A stretch of DNA of 64,000 bases from assembly GCA_905178155.1 (NCBI GenBank), contig CAJINV010000009.1, positions 3,094,768 to 3,158,767 of the forward strand, in the 5' to 3' direction. Positions 23,696 to 37,900 of the stretch are shown here, one piece after another; positions within the stretch are counted from its first letter, which is position 1; each line of letters opens with the position of its first letter. The stretch comes from Amoebophrya sp. A120 (taxonomy: Eukaryota > Protista > Dinoflagellata). A program made the translations under genes and the position numbers. The notes under the pieces are model-generated. The model was given only the letters and a program-made list of their open reading frames with translations. It did no database searches and was not told where the DNA came from.

Positions 23696-26600
23696 TCAGT
23701 ACGGCGCCGCCCGGGCCACCGCCTTCGACGTGGCCTTTGCGGACGTTTTCTGGTCGGTAGCAGGAACAGCGCCAGTTGCTCCTCCAGCCAGTGGTGGGAC
23801 AACGGAAAGGCCTCCTGGCATCTATCAAATGTAAAAATGTCTGGGTCTGGAAGAATGCAAGATTTGTCATGCATATTTCTCATGGCCCATGATGCCTGTA
23901 ATGCATGACTTAGCATCGCAGACTTTTAGAGGGCTTCCTGATGCACCTTCCGCATGAGAAATGCTTTGTCCGTGTAGCTGCAAAAACTGTACCCATTTTG
24001 CTGGTCATGCAATACAAATTTTTTTAGAGTCCAAAAACAGCATGACAAGTTGCAACTTTCCAGACCCAGACATTTTTGCATTTGATAGCATCATACCTGG
24101 CACTATAGCCCCTGGCATCATCGGCATCATACCTGGTAATCCCGCCATCATACCGGGTAAAGACGCCGCCGCTGGAAGTGCCGCGGCCGCTTGCGCTGCA
24201 CCATTGCCCTCTTTCTTGCTGTCTCCGGGTGCTGCGGGTTGCTGCTGGGCCATCATCTGCTGCATCATCATCATTTGCTGCATCATCAGCATCGGGTTGC
24301 TCATCGCAGCTGCGGCGGGATCTGCGATTTATTTACGGATAATTTTGGTCATTTTCCTGAAATGAGATGCAACTTCTCGCCACAAACGACAACTCTGATG
24401 TCAACTGAGCAGATCAACTGAGATTCTTCAGCATCAATCGTTTTCTTTCCGAAGTACTACCAAATATAGCCGCCGGGGCGGAGGTAGTGAGGTCGTGGGC
24501 GTTTTCTTGCCGGCCGTCGCCTTGGCCGCGGCTTTGCTTTTTCTGGCCTCGCCATACCGCCGTGAGTAACGTTAGGCCACACGGTATGGCGGCTGCTTGA
24601 TGAGCGTCGCAAATTTTGGCAAATTTTCGAAATTGCCTTCCGAAAGCCAGCCCCCATGCTATGGGGTCGATCCGGGCGCCACGGGGGGCGCCCAAAAAGC
24701 GACGAAAAATCGGGCCCATAGCATTCGGATTGGCTTTGCGCGTCTGGCGCGCTTTTTCTTTTTTGCGTTTGTATTTTTCTCGCCGGCGCTTTTTGCAAAG
24801 CTTCACAGGCTCTAAAACCGGCGAAACGGCGGCCGCTTTTGCGGCCGCCCAAAATGCTCCGAAATCTCGGCCGTGCCGTGCTGTTTCGCTGTTCTGATTT
24901 TGGGCGCGTTTTTTTCGGGCGCCCTTTTGGGCGCCCCAAATCGCCAGAAACCAAGGCGGTGGGCGCCTGAGAAGGGCGCCCCTTTTGCCGGCTCCCCTGC
25001 GTCGTTTTATCGAGTGCGAATCGATAGAATCCGCTCGGGCTCTTTTGCCGCAAACGCCCCGGCCGCTTGATAAGTGAAAACTTTTTATGCTCAAAAACAC
25101 TTCCGGCCGCTTCAAAACTGCCGGTCGTTTTTCAGGGTAGCTGTCAAAAAAACTCCCCGGTTAGAACCGTTCGGTGACCTCACTACATACAAGACAAGCT
25201 CATATTTATTTTTAACGTTTCACGAAGTAGGTACAAAAAAAAGCTCTTCCTAAAACAGAATTCTATTTCGAAGTACCTGCTGCGCCCGCGACGGGAGCAG
25301 CCGCTGCTGGTGCTGGTGCTGCTGGCGCGGCGGCGGGTGCCTTCACCGGAGAGGTGGATCCCTGCTGCGCCGCCAGGGCAAGCTCAGGCTGCATGATCAT
25401 GGCCAGCATCATATCAAATGCAAAAACGTCTGGGTCTGGAAGAGTCATGCTGCTTTTGCATGACGCAGAAGGTCCGGCATGGAAGCTCTAGCATCACAGG
25501 CTTCGAGAAGCTTCCGCAATGCCGAATCTGCATCACAAGTGCCCGACTTTGGAGGTGACAGAAAGTGGGCAGCTTTTGCTGCGTATGCATGAGAGATTTT
25601 TATGCGTTGTGAAATGCGCATCACAAGTTTGCATTCTTCCAGACCCAGACATATTTGCAATGCTTACATCATCGGGTTCAGCATGTTTGCCGCCGGGTCC
25701 GTAGAGCTCATGGGATTGTAACTTGGGTTTGACATCGCCGCCGGGTCGAACATCATCTGCGTGGGGGCCGGGTTTTGCTGTAATTTTTTTTTCGTTGAGT
25801 TTCAATCCCTTTCGTCTCTCGAGGTTGTAAACTCGTCCAGCGGCCTTCGGTGCATCGATCATCCCGCAGAAGTAACTCAAAATTTATGCAGAGTTCTTCG
25901 CAGAACCTCAACCTCCACAGCTGATATCAGATGCGCAGACCGCATCATCTGTATAATTCATTGACCCTTCATAAGAGGCATCTTCAAAAAATGAAAAATG
26001 CGTGCAAAAATGAAAAAATCAACTCTATACCGCCAGTCGCTGTGCTTCGATCTGTTGATTTTTCCTGTCCTCCGCGGCTTTGCAATCGATCCATTTCCCG
26101 TCGATCTGGTGCTGTTCCCGGTATCCTTTGTAAAAACGTCCCCACACCGTAGTTGTCATGCAAATCTGCATACTTAAAATGTTTCTCATGCGGAGCCCCA
26201 TGAGGAGCATTTTCTAATGGTGTTTTGAAATTTGTCATGCTCCAATCAGCATGAGAGACTAGATCTGTAATGCTGCTGAACTAGCTCAAATAGCACTACA
26301 CTACGCGTCCAAATTTGTCATGCGAAACAGCAAAAGCATGTGGATTTGTCTAGCCGATTCCCCATCTTGACTATGGGGTGGGTACGTTTTTACATAGGAT
26401 ACCCGGTTCGCGATCACCATCGCCATCACCTCCTCGGACTCGAATATCAAATGCAAATACGTCCGGGTCTGAGAGTTTGTCATGCATCTTGCGGATCACG
26501 CACATGATCTGGAATGCACGCAAAAGCATCACAGGTCAGGCTTCGTGAAGCCTACTCCGCATAAGAAATCACTCCCTATGTGCGTAGAAAGATATTTATG

Positions 26601-28596
26601 GGCAATATCTATTGGAGTTCACGCAACACAAATTTCAGTGTGATCCGGATTTTGCATCACAAGGTGCGACTCTTCCAGAACTAGACATATTTGCAATGCA
26701 TATCGAACGTGACAAAGCCAAAGCCCTTCCCCTCGCGCAGGTCGCACTTGACGACCTTGCCCCACTTCTCGAAGTACCCGCGAAACTTTTCGTAGTGCGC
26801 GGTGGGCGGGAGCCCGCCCACGAAGATGCAGCAGGATTTTTTGTTCTGCTGGTTGTGCTGGTGCAACCCGTGGTAGGAGTAGGGCGTGTTGTTCGCCAGG
26901 TTGTTCGGGTGGTTGGGGTTGTGCGGGTGGATATTGCTCGGGTTCAGGGGGTTGAACTGGTTCATCATCATGGGGTTATTCTGCATCATGCCCGTCATGG
27001 GATTCATGCCCATCATATCAAATGTAAAAATGTCTGGGTCTGGAAGATTCTGACACTTGTCATGCACGTTTTGCATGAGCCCTGATGTCTGTGATGCATG
27101 CCCTAGCATCACAGATTTTTTGAGAGCTTCTTGATGCCTATTCCGCATGACAAATGCCCTCTCCACGTAGCAAAAATTACATTCCTTTTGGTACTCATGC
27201 AATACAGATTTTTCTGGAATCCAAATGCAGCATCACAAGTTGCATTCTTCCAGACCCAGACATTTTTACATTTGATACATCATCGGCCCCCCGCCGAGCA
27301 TTGGATTCATGCCCATCATACCCGGAAAGCCCCCCATTTGCGGGGGGAACATTCCGCCACCTGTGATGGGTTTCGTTTTAGTTGGGTTTTCGATTTAGCA
27401 TCATGCTGTTGGCACTGCATGACAAAATCCAAATCTTCATTCAAAAACGTATCCAGCATCATGACAAGTGGTAGGTTGGCAAAATTTGTGATGCACTTTG
27501 TATGTTGTGTACGAGCAACTTGTCGATCATGATAAATTGATTTACCTCCTGCCCCCTTGTTGAACCGATGCTCCGCCGGCTTTACGTCAACCACCTTTCC
27601 GTGAATGGGGTTAGTCCGTGCGCCCTGGATCGCTGCCTGTGCGTCTTCCGCGTTGCAGTACCCCACAAACCCGAACCCCTTGCCTTCCTTGAACTCGCAC
27701 TTAAACGTTTTCCCGAACTGCTGGAAGTGTCGCTCAAAGTCCTCCTTCGTGCAGGTCTGCGGCAGCCCCCCAACAAACACCTCGTTCTCCCGGCTGTTAG
27801 GAGGTTTATTTCCTGATGGAAGGGTACTACTATTTTGCGGATGTTGGCCCGGAAGATGAGCACCTCCAAGCGGCCCACGGTCCGGGCTGTTGGCTTGGTT
27901 TTGATGTGGTCCGCCGGACATCATGCCAGGGTGGTGTAGTTGTGGCTGCTGCATCATAGTATTCCCGCCCATGGCACCGCCAGGGGGAATAGGCACACCC
28001 CCGGGCCCGAGAGGAGGTGGCTGCATCATCATTGGGTGTGGTTGTTGCATCATGCCTGGGTGCTGGTGTTGCTGCATCATATTCATACCTGGATGTTGCT
28101 GCATCATCATGTTCATCCCTTGCTGGCTATCCATGTTAGGCGGAACAAACCCTTGCTGCTGCCCCACGGCTCCACCCGCTGCTGCTGCACCACCGCCCTG
28201 CTGGATGTGGTAATTTTTTCCGCCACCGGAAGTAGTAGAGTTTAGTCCTCCAAGCGGCTGCAGGTTTGGGTTATCTTTACCCCCGAAATTTCTCCTGGAG
28301 GAATTATTGTGAGGAGCAACACCACTTCGGTTGTTACTGCTGCTATGACGCTGTTGTTGTTGATCCCCAGAAGTACCAAACGTGTCGAATTGCTGATGCG
28401 GGTCTCCATTTCCCCCGATCGGAACGCCGTCCGGTCCGACAGGAGCAGCTTGCATCATCCCCGGCTTGTTGTTCATGCCGTTACTACTTATCGGATTATT
28501 TCCGTGTTGACCTTGCTGCTGCTGAAATTGCTGCTGCATTTCCATGAAGCTGGTCATGGGCATCTGCTGGGCTGGCACGTCGGAGGACGGCATCAT
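23696..28596 (-). CDS. Two-RRM RNA-binding protein (hnRNP A/Musashi-like) with M/Q/P/G low-complexity regions
   Basis: RNP2/RNP1 pairs VFVGGL...KGFGFV and IFVGGL...KGFGFV. 5 introners plus GT-AG introns 27361-27545, 25778-26030 and 24322-25276 join in frame to ...ARAAPY*. Start is uncertain. Confidence 0.85.
23823..24087. mobile_element. Introner (family A)
   Basis: Family-A TIRs; DR GCATC. Confidence 0.9.
24484..25186. mobile_element. Possible MITE-like GC-rich insertion within a GT-AG intron
   Basis: 11-bp IR GTAGTGAGGTC / GACCTCACTAC with many internal GGCGCC/TTTTGG motifs; no TSD seen. Confidence 0.35.
25412..25666. mobile_element. Introner (family A)
   Basis: Family-A TIRs; DR CATCA. 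Confidence 0.9.
26122..26401. mobile_element. Introner (family B)
   Basis: TIR TATCCTTTGTAAAAACGTCCCCAC / GTGGGTACGTTTTTACATAGGATA; DR CCCGG. Confidence 0.9.
26445..26702. mobile_element. Introner (family A, diverged)
   Basis: TIRs; DR TCGAA; sits right after the RNP1 motif of RRM2. Confidence 0.85.
27016..27277. mobile_element. Introner (family A)
   Basis: Family-A TIRs; DR CATCA. Confidence 0.9.
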
Positions 28597-30421
28597 GGTC
28601 CGAGTGGTGGACGAGGAGGGTTTGTCTATAATCGGTGAAGTGAGGTACTTAACTTGTAGTTCCGACAGTACGTGCTGTTGAGCCCTCTGGCCCACCCTAG
28701 TGGTCGTGCCGAGTCTTCACGACGCGTCGGCCCCGGGGAAAGTCAAGCTGCTCAGCGACGGCTTTCGATATGTTCTTGCTCTTCGGGCTCCTGGAAATAG
28801 CGCTCTCAGCGGCCAAAGTAGGACGGACACGCGACCTTCGATTGTGAAAATTATATTTGTTGTTCTTGTTTGCTTGTAAACGGACGAGAAAAAATACTAA
28901 CCAATCTGCTTTGCTAAAAGTTCACAAATACGTTCGATTTATCACTTTTTTTGTGGAAGTTCTTTTCCTTACTAGAGATGGAGGCTTGTTGGCATGAACG
29001 AAAATTTCTCGACAACAACGGGGAGCTGAGAATGAAGAGATGGTTGATACAACACAATCACAATGCGCTTCTGAATACGGTAGTTCTTCTGCCTATTGAA
29101 ATAGAAAAAGTTGTATCTACTTATGCAACCCCAAAGTGATGGATCATATGGTACTTACTCGTGAACAACTCTTGTCTGGTTTCTTATCTTAATGACCTGA
29201 TGGATGAGATTTGATACTGCCGCTTTGAACACCGAGAAAAAAAATTGCAAGCTTAATGTCGTCCTGCAAGGAAAAAATGAAAAACAAATTAAGTTTAATG
29301 AAATGTGTAGTTATGAAGCGGTACCACACCGAACCAACTCTGGCTGTGGCTCCAGCATAAACCGGATTCTAAGCTCCGGCAGTTAGCGCCTCTTGCCACC
29401 ACTCCGCGCAGCTCTACGGGCGGTGCAGACCTCTCCGATCTCGATTTGTGTTTGATTTTGTTCATGCTCGATATTGCATTCTTTCCATACAGTCACAGTG
29501 CCAAATTTTACGAAAAAAATAAAGGGAATGAAAGCACAGAATTGAGCAAAACAAATTTTATTCGCACCAAGAAATCAGGTGAGAGTATCAGATCGTGGTG
29601 GCATTAACTTCGGTTTGATTTGTCATACTCATCGCGGATTTTGCTTTTGATCTGGGCCGCGATTTTCCTTCCTCGTCCCCACAATAGATCCATTTGCAGA
29701 GGTACAAGCACAGAAACATAAATTACTTTCTCTTCGCATGATGCTTCCCAAAATAAATGTCCTTCATTCTCTGCAGCTGCGCATCCGAACAACCTTCGAC
29801 CGGCAAGGGAAGACAGATATGGGCGTAACTACAAAAGTCACGACCCACTGCTAATGCCTGCTCCTACTTGCATATCATACTTCGGAGAATTTAAGACTCT
29901 ATGTCGTTTCGCTGCTTTGAAATTCTTCTGTTGCGACCGCAAATAAATAGGTCCCAATGTTGATCGCTGACCCATCTACTTTTTTTTGTTCAACATCTTC
30001 CAACTTGTTTTTGTATGATTTTTCACACCAGTCAACACAGTGAAGAGTTTATTCCGAGTTTTTCTCAAAATCAGGAGACAGCAGGAGCAGCGAAGGTGAA
30101 CATCAAACTACTAGCAAGTAGTTGTCCCTTTAGCTTCTTTCATGTTTTTTTCTTGGACGACCGCACACGGCAGCACACTGTAGATCTCCTACTTTCATTT
30201 GCTGGTGGTGTAGTGGTCACAAGAATGAACAAAACCACTCGAAGTTGTCGCACTGTAGTATGCTGAAGGTGATGCTCTATCCACATTTTTCCAAACCGTG
30301 AACGAGTAGATGATCTTGCGCATCCTCACCGGACGGGGTGGTCATCGTCATGGGAAAAAACAAGCTCGAGGAATATTAAACTCTGGGACGGGAAACATCA
30401 AGTAGCCGCCGCTTTTCTTCT

Positions 30422-31305
30422 CTATCCCGCTTCCTCCTCGTCATCGTCGTCGCTTATTTCTGCGTTTATTGACTCTTCTACCACCGCGGCTACCCTTCTG
30501 TTGTACTCTCGTCGATTTTCGTTCCACAGTTGCGCCGCTTCGCTGTTAGCCGGCGAATTGGGGTTCGGGTCGGTCAGCAGACCTGGAGAAGGAAGGTGGA
30601 TATTTAGAAAATGAAATCGCATAATTTTTGCACTAAAAGACACTAAAACTACGCGCATGACAGACTCCACAACTACCCTATTATTTTTTGCTCGGCATCA
30701 CAGACTTATCAACAAAAACATCAACAACTTTTTCTCGGATAAAGAAGTGAGAATACTTTGTATTGAGGTCAAGATTGCGCTGATGTCGTAAATCGGGCTC
30801 CACTGGTTCTGTAATATGTCCAGACATATCTCGCCGTTCGTGTATATGTTGGGATGAAACATCTTCGTAACAAACCGGATCTGTTTTGTTTTCAAATTTT
30901 TTAAATTTGATTTTCACTTTTCTGTGCTACGCATGACAACAAACTTGTCCTCATGTAGTTGTGCATCTAGTCGTGTCTGCCGATATTTATCGGTTTATGA
31001 TTTGAAGATACACATCATGCGTTATCAGTGTGGCAATCATGTGTCTCTACTGCAATAGTCCGGGAAAAAAAACTTTCATCATATCATCAATTCTATACAT
31101 GTGGTGGTTTCGTCGGGAATTCCTCATTGAACGTGACATTGAGCTGAAACGCCCCGCCGTCCCAGGGTGTGTCTTCTGGCCCGAAGATGACCGCCGTCCA
31201 CTGCATAATGTCGTCCTCTATTGGCGCGGCGGAAATCCCCGACGGTGGGTCCGCTTGCAACTTTTTCAAGTCGCGCAGCAGCCGTTTACGTGCCACGGTC
31301 GTCAT
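30422..31305 (-). CDS. UBC2: Ubiquitin-conjugating enzyme E2, RAD6/UBC2 type; 3 exons (GT-AG introns 30881-31098, 30583-30756)
   Basis: [23 protein letters not shown]...[25 protein letters not shown]...[20 protein letters not shown]. Confidence 0.95.
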
Positions 31306-31687
31306 TTTTGCTACAGAGAGAGGGGGGAGTTTGTTTGTTGTAGTAGTCCTTGGGATTAGGAGCGGGCGGAACAATGTGTTTTGGTAAGGAGAAGTTGATC
31401 TTGGTTGTTGTCTTCGAGATATGAAAATATTAAAAGCGGAAGGACAATTCTCCTTCCCGATATGAAAATTTTGGTTTTCAACACAATAAAACGAAGAAAA
31501 GAACTTTACTTTTATTTACAACAAGAAGTCAGTAAGTTTGCTGCCGCGCAGCGGCTCGGGGGGGAACAAATGATCCCGGGATGAGAGCTGATAACCAATT
31601 CCTAGTTCTGTTCGGACGAGGCACTGACTGAGCGCTTTAGTGAAGTTTCGGGGGTGAAGTCCCCGGCTTAGCGAAAAGGAATTACTA

Positions 31688-32463
31688 TCTATTATATTCA
31701 TGCGAAAAAAGAGGTCTACAGAGGGTCGAAGGGAGGTGGCCGAGAGGTAAAAAAGAGGTCAACAGAGGTCAAAAAGAGGTCGACAGAGGTGGAGAGGTGG
31801 CGCGGGAGGTCATTCGAGAGGGTGGCCGAGAGGGTGCGCGAGTATAGCCCGCCGAAGGACTCGCCCTAAAGCCGCGCCTATGGGGGACGGAGGTGGCCGA
31901 GAGGGTCGGGAGAGGGTAAGCGAGAGGGGGACAGAGGTGCCGAGAGGTTGCGCGAATAAGGGCGAACCTCTCGCGCACCCTCTGGGCCACCTCTCGGCCA
32001 CCTCTGTAGACCTCTGCTGGCGAGTATAGCCGGATTATTAGCAACACCTCTCGGGAGAGGTCAAAAAGAGGGCGTGCGAGAGGGGTAGAAAAACCCGAAT
32101 CCGCCCGGTACGAGGCTGATTCTTTTGTGGCCTTTTCATGCATAGGCTGGCCCGAACCCTTTCGCGCACCCTCTCGCGCCAACCTCTCGCGCACCCTCTC
32201 GCGCAACCCTCTCGCGCCACCCTCCCGCGCCGGGCGGCTTCTGTTCGCCCCCGGTGTCCTTTGCAGCTGCTCCCTGCGCAGAGCGCCCACAGGCGCGGGA
32301 AGCGCGCAAGTGGTCCTGCGGGTTGGCGCCGCGCAAACAGGCGGCAGGACTCCAGTATGTTTCATTTATGCATATTAGGCCTGTGGCATTGTGGCCCGAT
32401 CCGCAAATAGTCCTGCCCCGCCCCAACAGCCTTGTGCCCCGGCGTCAGCCGGGGCATGGCTGG
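31688..32463 (+). mobile_element. Non-autonomous Helitron, copy 1 (intergenic)
   Basis: A|TCTATTATA 5' end; 3' hairpin GCCCCGGC-GTCA-GCCGGGGC followed by CTGG|T; no TSD; near-identical to 37662-38441. Confidence 0.85.
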
Positions 32464-34981
32464 TACTCTTAATGCGGAGCCCCCGTGTGCGGGGTCGGGC
32501 TGTGTGCGCTAGTAGTACTTCTCGTTCTTTCGTACCGCGGACTCCTGTTGTGAAAATACGCCTACTGCTAGTGATTCTACTACTAACCGCTCGTCCGACA
32601 AAAAAAACCTTTTTTCGAAACCTACTAAAAACCTGCTGAACCGTTGCTCGTCCAATCCAGAATATTATAGAACGCTGATAATTGCATCGAAGCACGTCGG
32701 AGGAGGTCAGACAATAAGTACCTAAATCGCTCCAAAGGGTTGTTCTTTGGATAAAACAATCTTTTGGATCGGGCGATCTTGTTTGTGGTCCTGTATTAAA
32801 AGATGAAGTCCATCTGATCTTGCCTTCTGTCAGATTTTCATTGTGACGTGAGAATATCACCATCATGCCAATGCATCTACTGCCTCGTCTTCCTGCTTGA
32901 TGTTCTCTACTTCTCTTTCTCGCTACAACATGCCTGCACCTTCGCTATCACTTTTTGTCACTTCTGCTTTATTACAGATTTCAACATACTACTGTGTAGT
33001 ACTACCAGCGGGCTGCTCAACGCAGGCGCAGCTAAGGGGCTCTCGAGCGGCTACACAGGCGGCAAAAAAGAACGACAGAAGGGATGCGGTTGGAGAAGAG
33101 AATCATCCAGCGAACAAAAAATGCAGGCTTCGTCGCAGTCAGACTGCACGACCCACGAACAATAAGTGCAAGCACCTCCGGTAGCTGCTGCTGCTGCAGA
33201 GTGTGTCTCCTGCGTTCTTGATTTTCTCGTACTACACTACTGCTTTTTGTGGGGGGGGTTCAAGTTCATGTTTTCAAAATCGGGATAGTACTTCTTATTG
33301 GGGTTCTTCGGTTCTCGATACTCTTCACCTTCACATTCCACTACTGCGGTGAAAAGTACAGCAGAAATTAACTCCTACTGAGAAATAAGTAAATCTCGTT
33401 CGATCCGCTAGTACTCACACCGAAACTAGCAGAATTTACTTTTTTTTTTTTAAGCCTTTCTTGTCGAAAAAATTCATAGCCAGGGAGGTGTAAGTAGAAC
33501 TTGAGTTCATCTCTGACGATTTTAAGTTGTAAAGTTGTTGTGTAAAACAAGTCATCTGTTGGTAAAACTAGAATACTTCGGAAGTTGTTGTACAATAGCA
33601 AACGCAAAAAGACATGCTAGTAGAGAGAATAATACTTCCTCTTTCGAAGGCGACTACCTACTTACGGCGACACACCGGCTACTTTAAGCAGCCTATGAAG
33701 GTCCAGTTGCCTTGTTCATGTGATTTGTCTTTGATCTGTGCATAGCTGTTGTAGCTGTAGTGTTTATGTTTATGTTGTTCTCTTCGTGTTCTGCTTCTAC
33801 CCCGTATAATTGCAGTTGTCTCACGAACTTTTTCTTGAAGCCACTTACTATCAATTGAGGATTCCATCTGAAGAAAAAGATCGGAGTTTAGCTTGAGGAG
33901 TTTAGCAATGGTAAACCGCCTATTGAGTCTTCTGCAGATCTACGCGGGTTGAAAATATCTGGAAGAATAGAGTATGCCTAACAACTTACTTTTCTTGTTC
34001 TCCTCTCTTACTCTGAACAGTCACGCCTTCGAGTAATGAATAAAACCGGTACTAGCTGCGAGAAAAATCTGTTCCTGTCGTATACTCCACTAGTAACTCT
34101 CGTCGTGCCTGACCTACTTAAATCGAATGTGCCCTAATATCCGTATAATCGTAATTTGCTGAGACAAGTATTGGGAAGAAAAAACAAATAGCGGCTTTCA
34201 TCTTTCTCTAAATATCGGCCGCATAACTCTTGAAAACTTGTAGTGCAGATGAACCTCATCTTCGACTATGAAGCTGTTTCGAGGCAAAAAAGTTATTCAG
34301 AGTTGTCAGCTTTTAGAAGAAGTAGCACAGGGCCCTATACATCAATCCTGTTGAAGTCCTGCAGTATGTCATTATTTTTCCTCCGCGCACTATATTTTCT
34401 TCGACTTGTCCTTGTCCTTGTCTTCACGGTTCATACAATTGATTTCTCGACGCCGACCCCGCCCGCTTTCACATTCATGTCTGAGCGAGGGTCGTCCGTC
34501 TCCGTTGTCGAATAAAGCAGCGGAAAACAAGTAAACGCTTTCTTGATGTATTTACCCCGTTTTATTTAGTACCGAACAGTAAATTAGACCTACTTCGTCT
34601 TTGCAAACCAACATACAACGACTCCTTTGGACAGATAATTGTAATTCTACTACAGCATATAGATTTTTATGCGCAAAATGTTCTTGGTGTGCTACAATCG
34701 TGCTGCATCTTTTCTACCTTTTTGTTTTTCTAAATGGAGGACAATAGGGCATCACTGCAACCTCTGTAGCGCCCGCTGGGATATATTTTTACCCAATAGT
34801 CCTCTAAGTAGCAATTTATTACCGTCGATTTTCAACTTCTTCTTCTTCGTAGACGGACTTTTTTCCAAAATTCATTTAGAACGTCGACCAGCAGCTGTTA
34901 TTGAAAATCAAGTAATAATTTCCTTGTTCGCAGTAAAACAAGTCCTGCTCAGACTTCTTCTTCTTCGAAGCAGGTTTTTTA

Positions 34982-37900
34982 TCACTGCAAGCGCACGTTG
35001 CCATTTCCACCCCGGGGCTGCGCGGAGGCCGGGAAACGGCGCGGCGCCGAGGAGGCCGGCGAGTAGTACCCGGCCGTCTGCGCGGCGGAACGCGGCTGCC
35101 AGTAGTCCTGTGTAGTTGTTGACAAATAAATTTTGGAAGAATTTGTAATGCTGATCATGCAAATCGTCCACGACGAACCAGCATGGTCGTGTGTATTGGA
35201 ACCAGATTATCAACTTGTCATGCTGCGCAAAAATCGATGAGACGCCAGTCCTTTGTCATGCAAAACAACGTTCGTTGAAAACATCACACACAACTCCATA
35301 CCTCGGCATGCCCGGCGGGCTGCTGTGCGGCGTAATCCGGCATGACGAGGGAATCGCGGTACTCGGAGTCGTATCAACTGCAAAAATGTCTGGGTCTGGA
35401 AGATTGCAACTTGTCATGCTGTTTTTGCACTCTAAAAAAATTTGTATTGCTGCATGACCAGCAAGAGGGGTGCAGTTTGTGCTACACGGACAGGGCATTT
35501 CTCATGCGGAGGGTGCATCAGGAAGACGTCTGAAAGTCTGCGATGCTGGGTCATGCATTACAGGCATGATGGGTCATGAGAAATCTGCATGACAAATCTT
35601 GCTTTCTTCCAGACCCGGCCATTTTTGCACTTGATAAGTCGTGATAGTCGTTCGGGTTGTTCAAGGGAAGCAACTGGTAGCCCGGCATGTTTTGCAGCTG
35701 GTTCACCGGCATCATGACCATCTGGTAGCCCGGCGGAACGTGCTATGAAGTGCAAAAATGTCTGGGTCTGGAAAAGTTTAGACTTGTCATGCAGATTTTT
35801 CATGACCCCTGAGGTCTGGAATGCAGGACTTAGCGTGACAGATTGCGCGAGGTCTCTGCCATGCCTGTCCTGCATGAGAAACTCCCTTCCAACGTGGTCA
35901 AAAGTGGACAGCTTTTGGCACTCATGCAACACAGATTTTTGCATGCTTCAAATTTACCATTACAAGTTGTAATCTTCCAGACCCAGACATTTTTGCAATC
36001 CATACGTGCCCGGTCGACACCGCCTGCTGGTACGCCGGGTGCGGCGCAGGCACGTGCTGCGGAGTCTGCGTATGGAAGCGTCAGGATTGAAATCGTCAAA
36101 GTTGAGCTAGTTTGTGATGCATAAAATGCAACCCACAAAGTGCCTGTCTTGCAGAGTACGCAAGGGAGGCAGAGTGTAAGCCTGTTGAGGGGTAGAAATA
36201 GAGCTGCTAAAGTAGCATGACAAAAGGCGTCCTCCTTACCCAAACAGCATGACAAACTGGATTTCAGCTCTACCCAAATTTGTCATGCACCACTTGAAAT
36301 CTGGGTCACAACTTTCATCCGTTTTATGCATGACAAGTTATTTCAACTTTGTCGGTTTCAATCCTGACACATCCATACTGCGGGTTCGAGTGGTACAGGT
36401 GCTGTTGCTGGTCTGCGTACAGCGGGCTAGCGGTACCCTTCGAACTGTAGGGCGTGCCCGGGAAACTGCTGTTGGCGTCCACAATCTGCTGCGTCAGCGC
36501 GTACCCGCCCTTCTGAGAGACCCCCATCGGCTGCTGCTGCTGCGCCGGCAAGTAGGAGGGATACGGCGGCGGCTGGTGCTGCGGCGGCGGGCCACGTGGT
36601 CCTCGCGGGTGCGAATTGTAGTGCGCGTTGTATTGGTGGTGGTCCTGCGGCGCCGCGCCGAAGTAGGTCGGAGGCTGGTTCGCGGCCGGGTGGTTGCTGG
36701 AGTAGCCGGAGTAATAGCTGTCGTAGCTCTCCTTGCTGTACTCGCGTTGCACTTGGTAATACCCGTCCTGCCCGGTGCCCCCGACCCGCTGCAGCGGCGC
36801 GTTTTTTCCGCCACGGGGACCTCCCGCGGCCCCGTAGGAGTTGTAGTAGTGGTCTCCTCCCGCAGCTCCATTCGAGGACCCGTATTTGCCCTTTCCCTTC
36901 TTTCCGTTCTTCCCAGCACCTTTGTCGTTGTTTCCGCCCTTGTAGGGCTTCAGCAGGATCTGCTCCGTGATGCCGTACTTTTTCGGGTTCTGCTCCTCCG
37001 GGTCGACCAGAAAACTCATCTTGCCCTCGGGCGCGTGCGCGACCACGTCCGGCAGCGGGAGGGAGAGCAGGCCGTTCTTGATGCTGTAGGTCCCCGCGTT
37101 TTTGTATTTCTGCTTGATTTCGTTTTGCTTGTCGGTCAGATTCGGGTCCGGCGCAGACGTCGATTTCGGCGTGGTCGTCTCATTGTCCCCAGTCGGTTTA
37201 GAAGCTTCGTCTGCACCAGCTCCCGTCGTGCCACTGTTTGTGCCGATCTCGTGAATGGTCGGCGGGTTCAAGGTCCACTTTGCAGCCTATCCTGTGTAAA
37301 AACGTCCCCATACCAGAGTCGAGATGGGAAATCTGCTATACAAATCAACCAGCTTTGGGTGCTTCGCATGACAGATTTGTCCTTGTAGTGCAATCCTGTT
37401 TCAGTAGTTGAGCAGCATCACAGATCTAGCATATCATGCTGATTCTAGCATCACAAATTGCAAAACACGACTAGAAAATGCTTCTCCTGGGGCTCCGCAT
37501 GAGAAACTTTTTTGCGATGCAGATTTGCATGACAACTCTGGTGTGGGGATGTTTTTACTCAGGATACAGCCACTTCCTTGTTCGGGGCCCGGTTCTCGGC
37601 CGGCTTGATCTCCACGCGCTTGCCCTCGATTATCACACAGAAAAAAGCTGGCAGGTCATTATCTATTATATTCATGCGAAAAAAGAGGTCTACAGAGGGT
37701 CGAAGGGAGGTGGCCGAGAGGTAAAAAAGAGGTCAACAGAGGTCAAAAAGAGGTCGACAGAGGTGGAGAGGTGGCGCGGGAGGTCATTCGAGAGGGTGGC
37801 CGAGAGGGTGCGCGAGTATAGCCCGCCGAAGGACTCGCCCTAAAGCCGCGCCTATGGGGGACGGAGGTGGCCGAGAGGGTCGGGAGAGGGTAAGCGAGAG

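Noticed and set aside
24484-25186. CACTA transposon
   Set aside because: The CACTAC/GTAGTG words face the wrong way for CACTA termini and there is no 3-bp TSD.
36249-37388. 379-aa plus-strand ORF (likewise 47480-48481, 18350-19132, 59699-60505)
   Set aside because: Antisense shadows of minus-strand coding exons.
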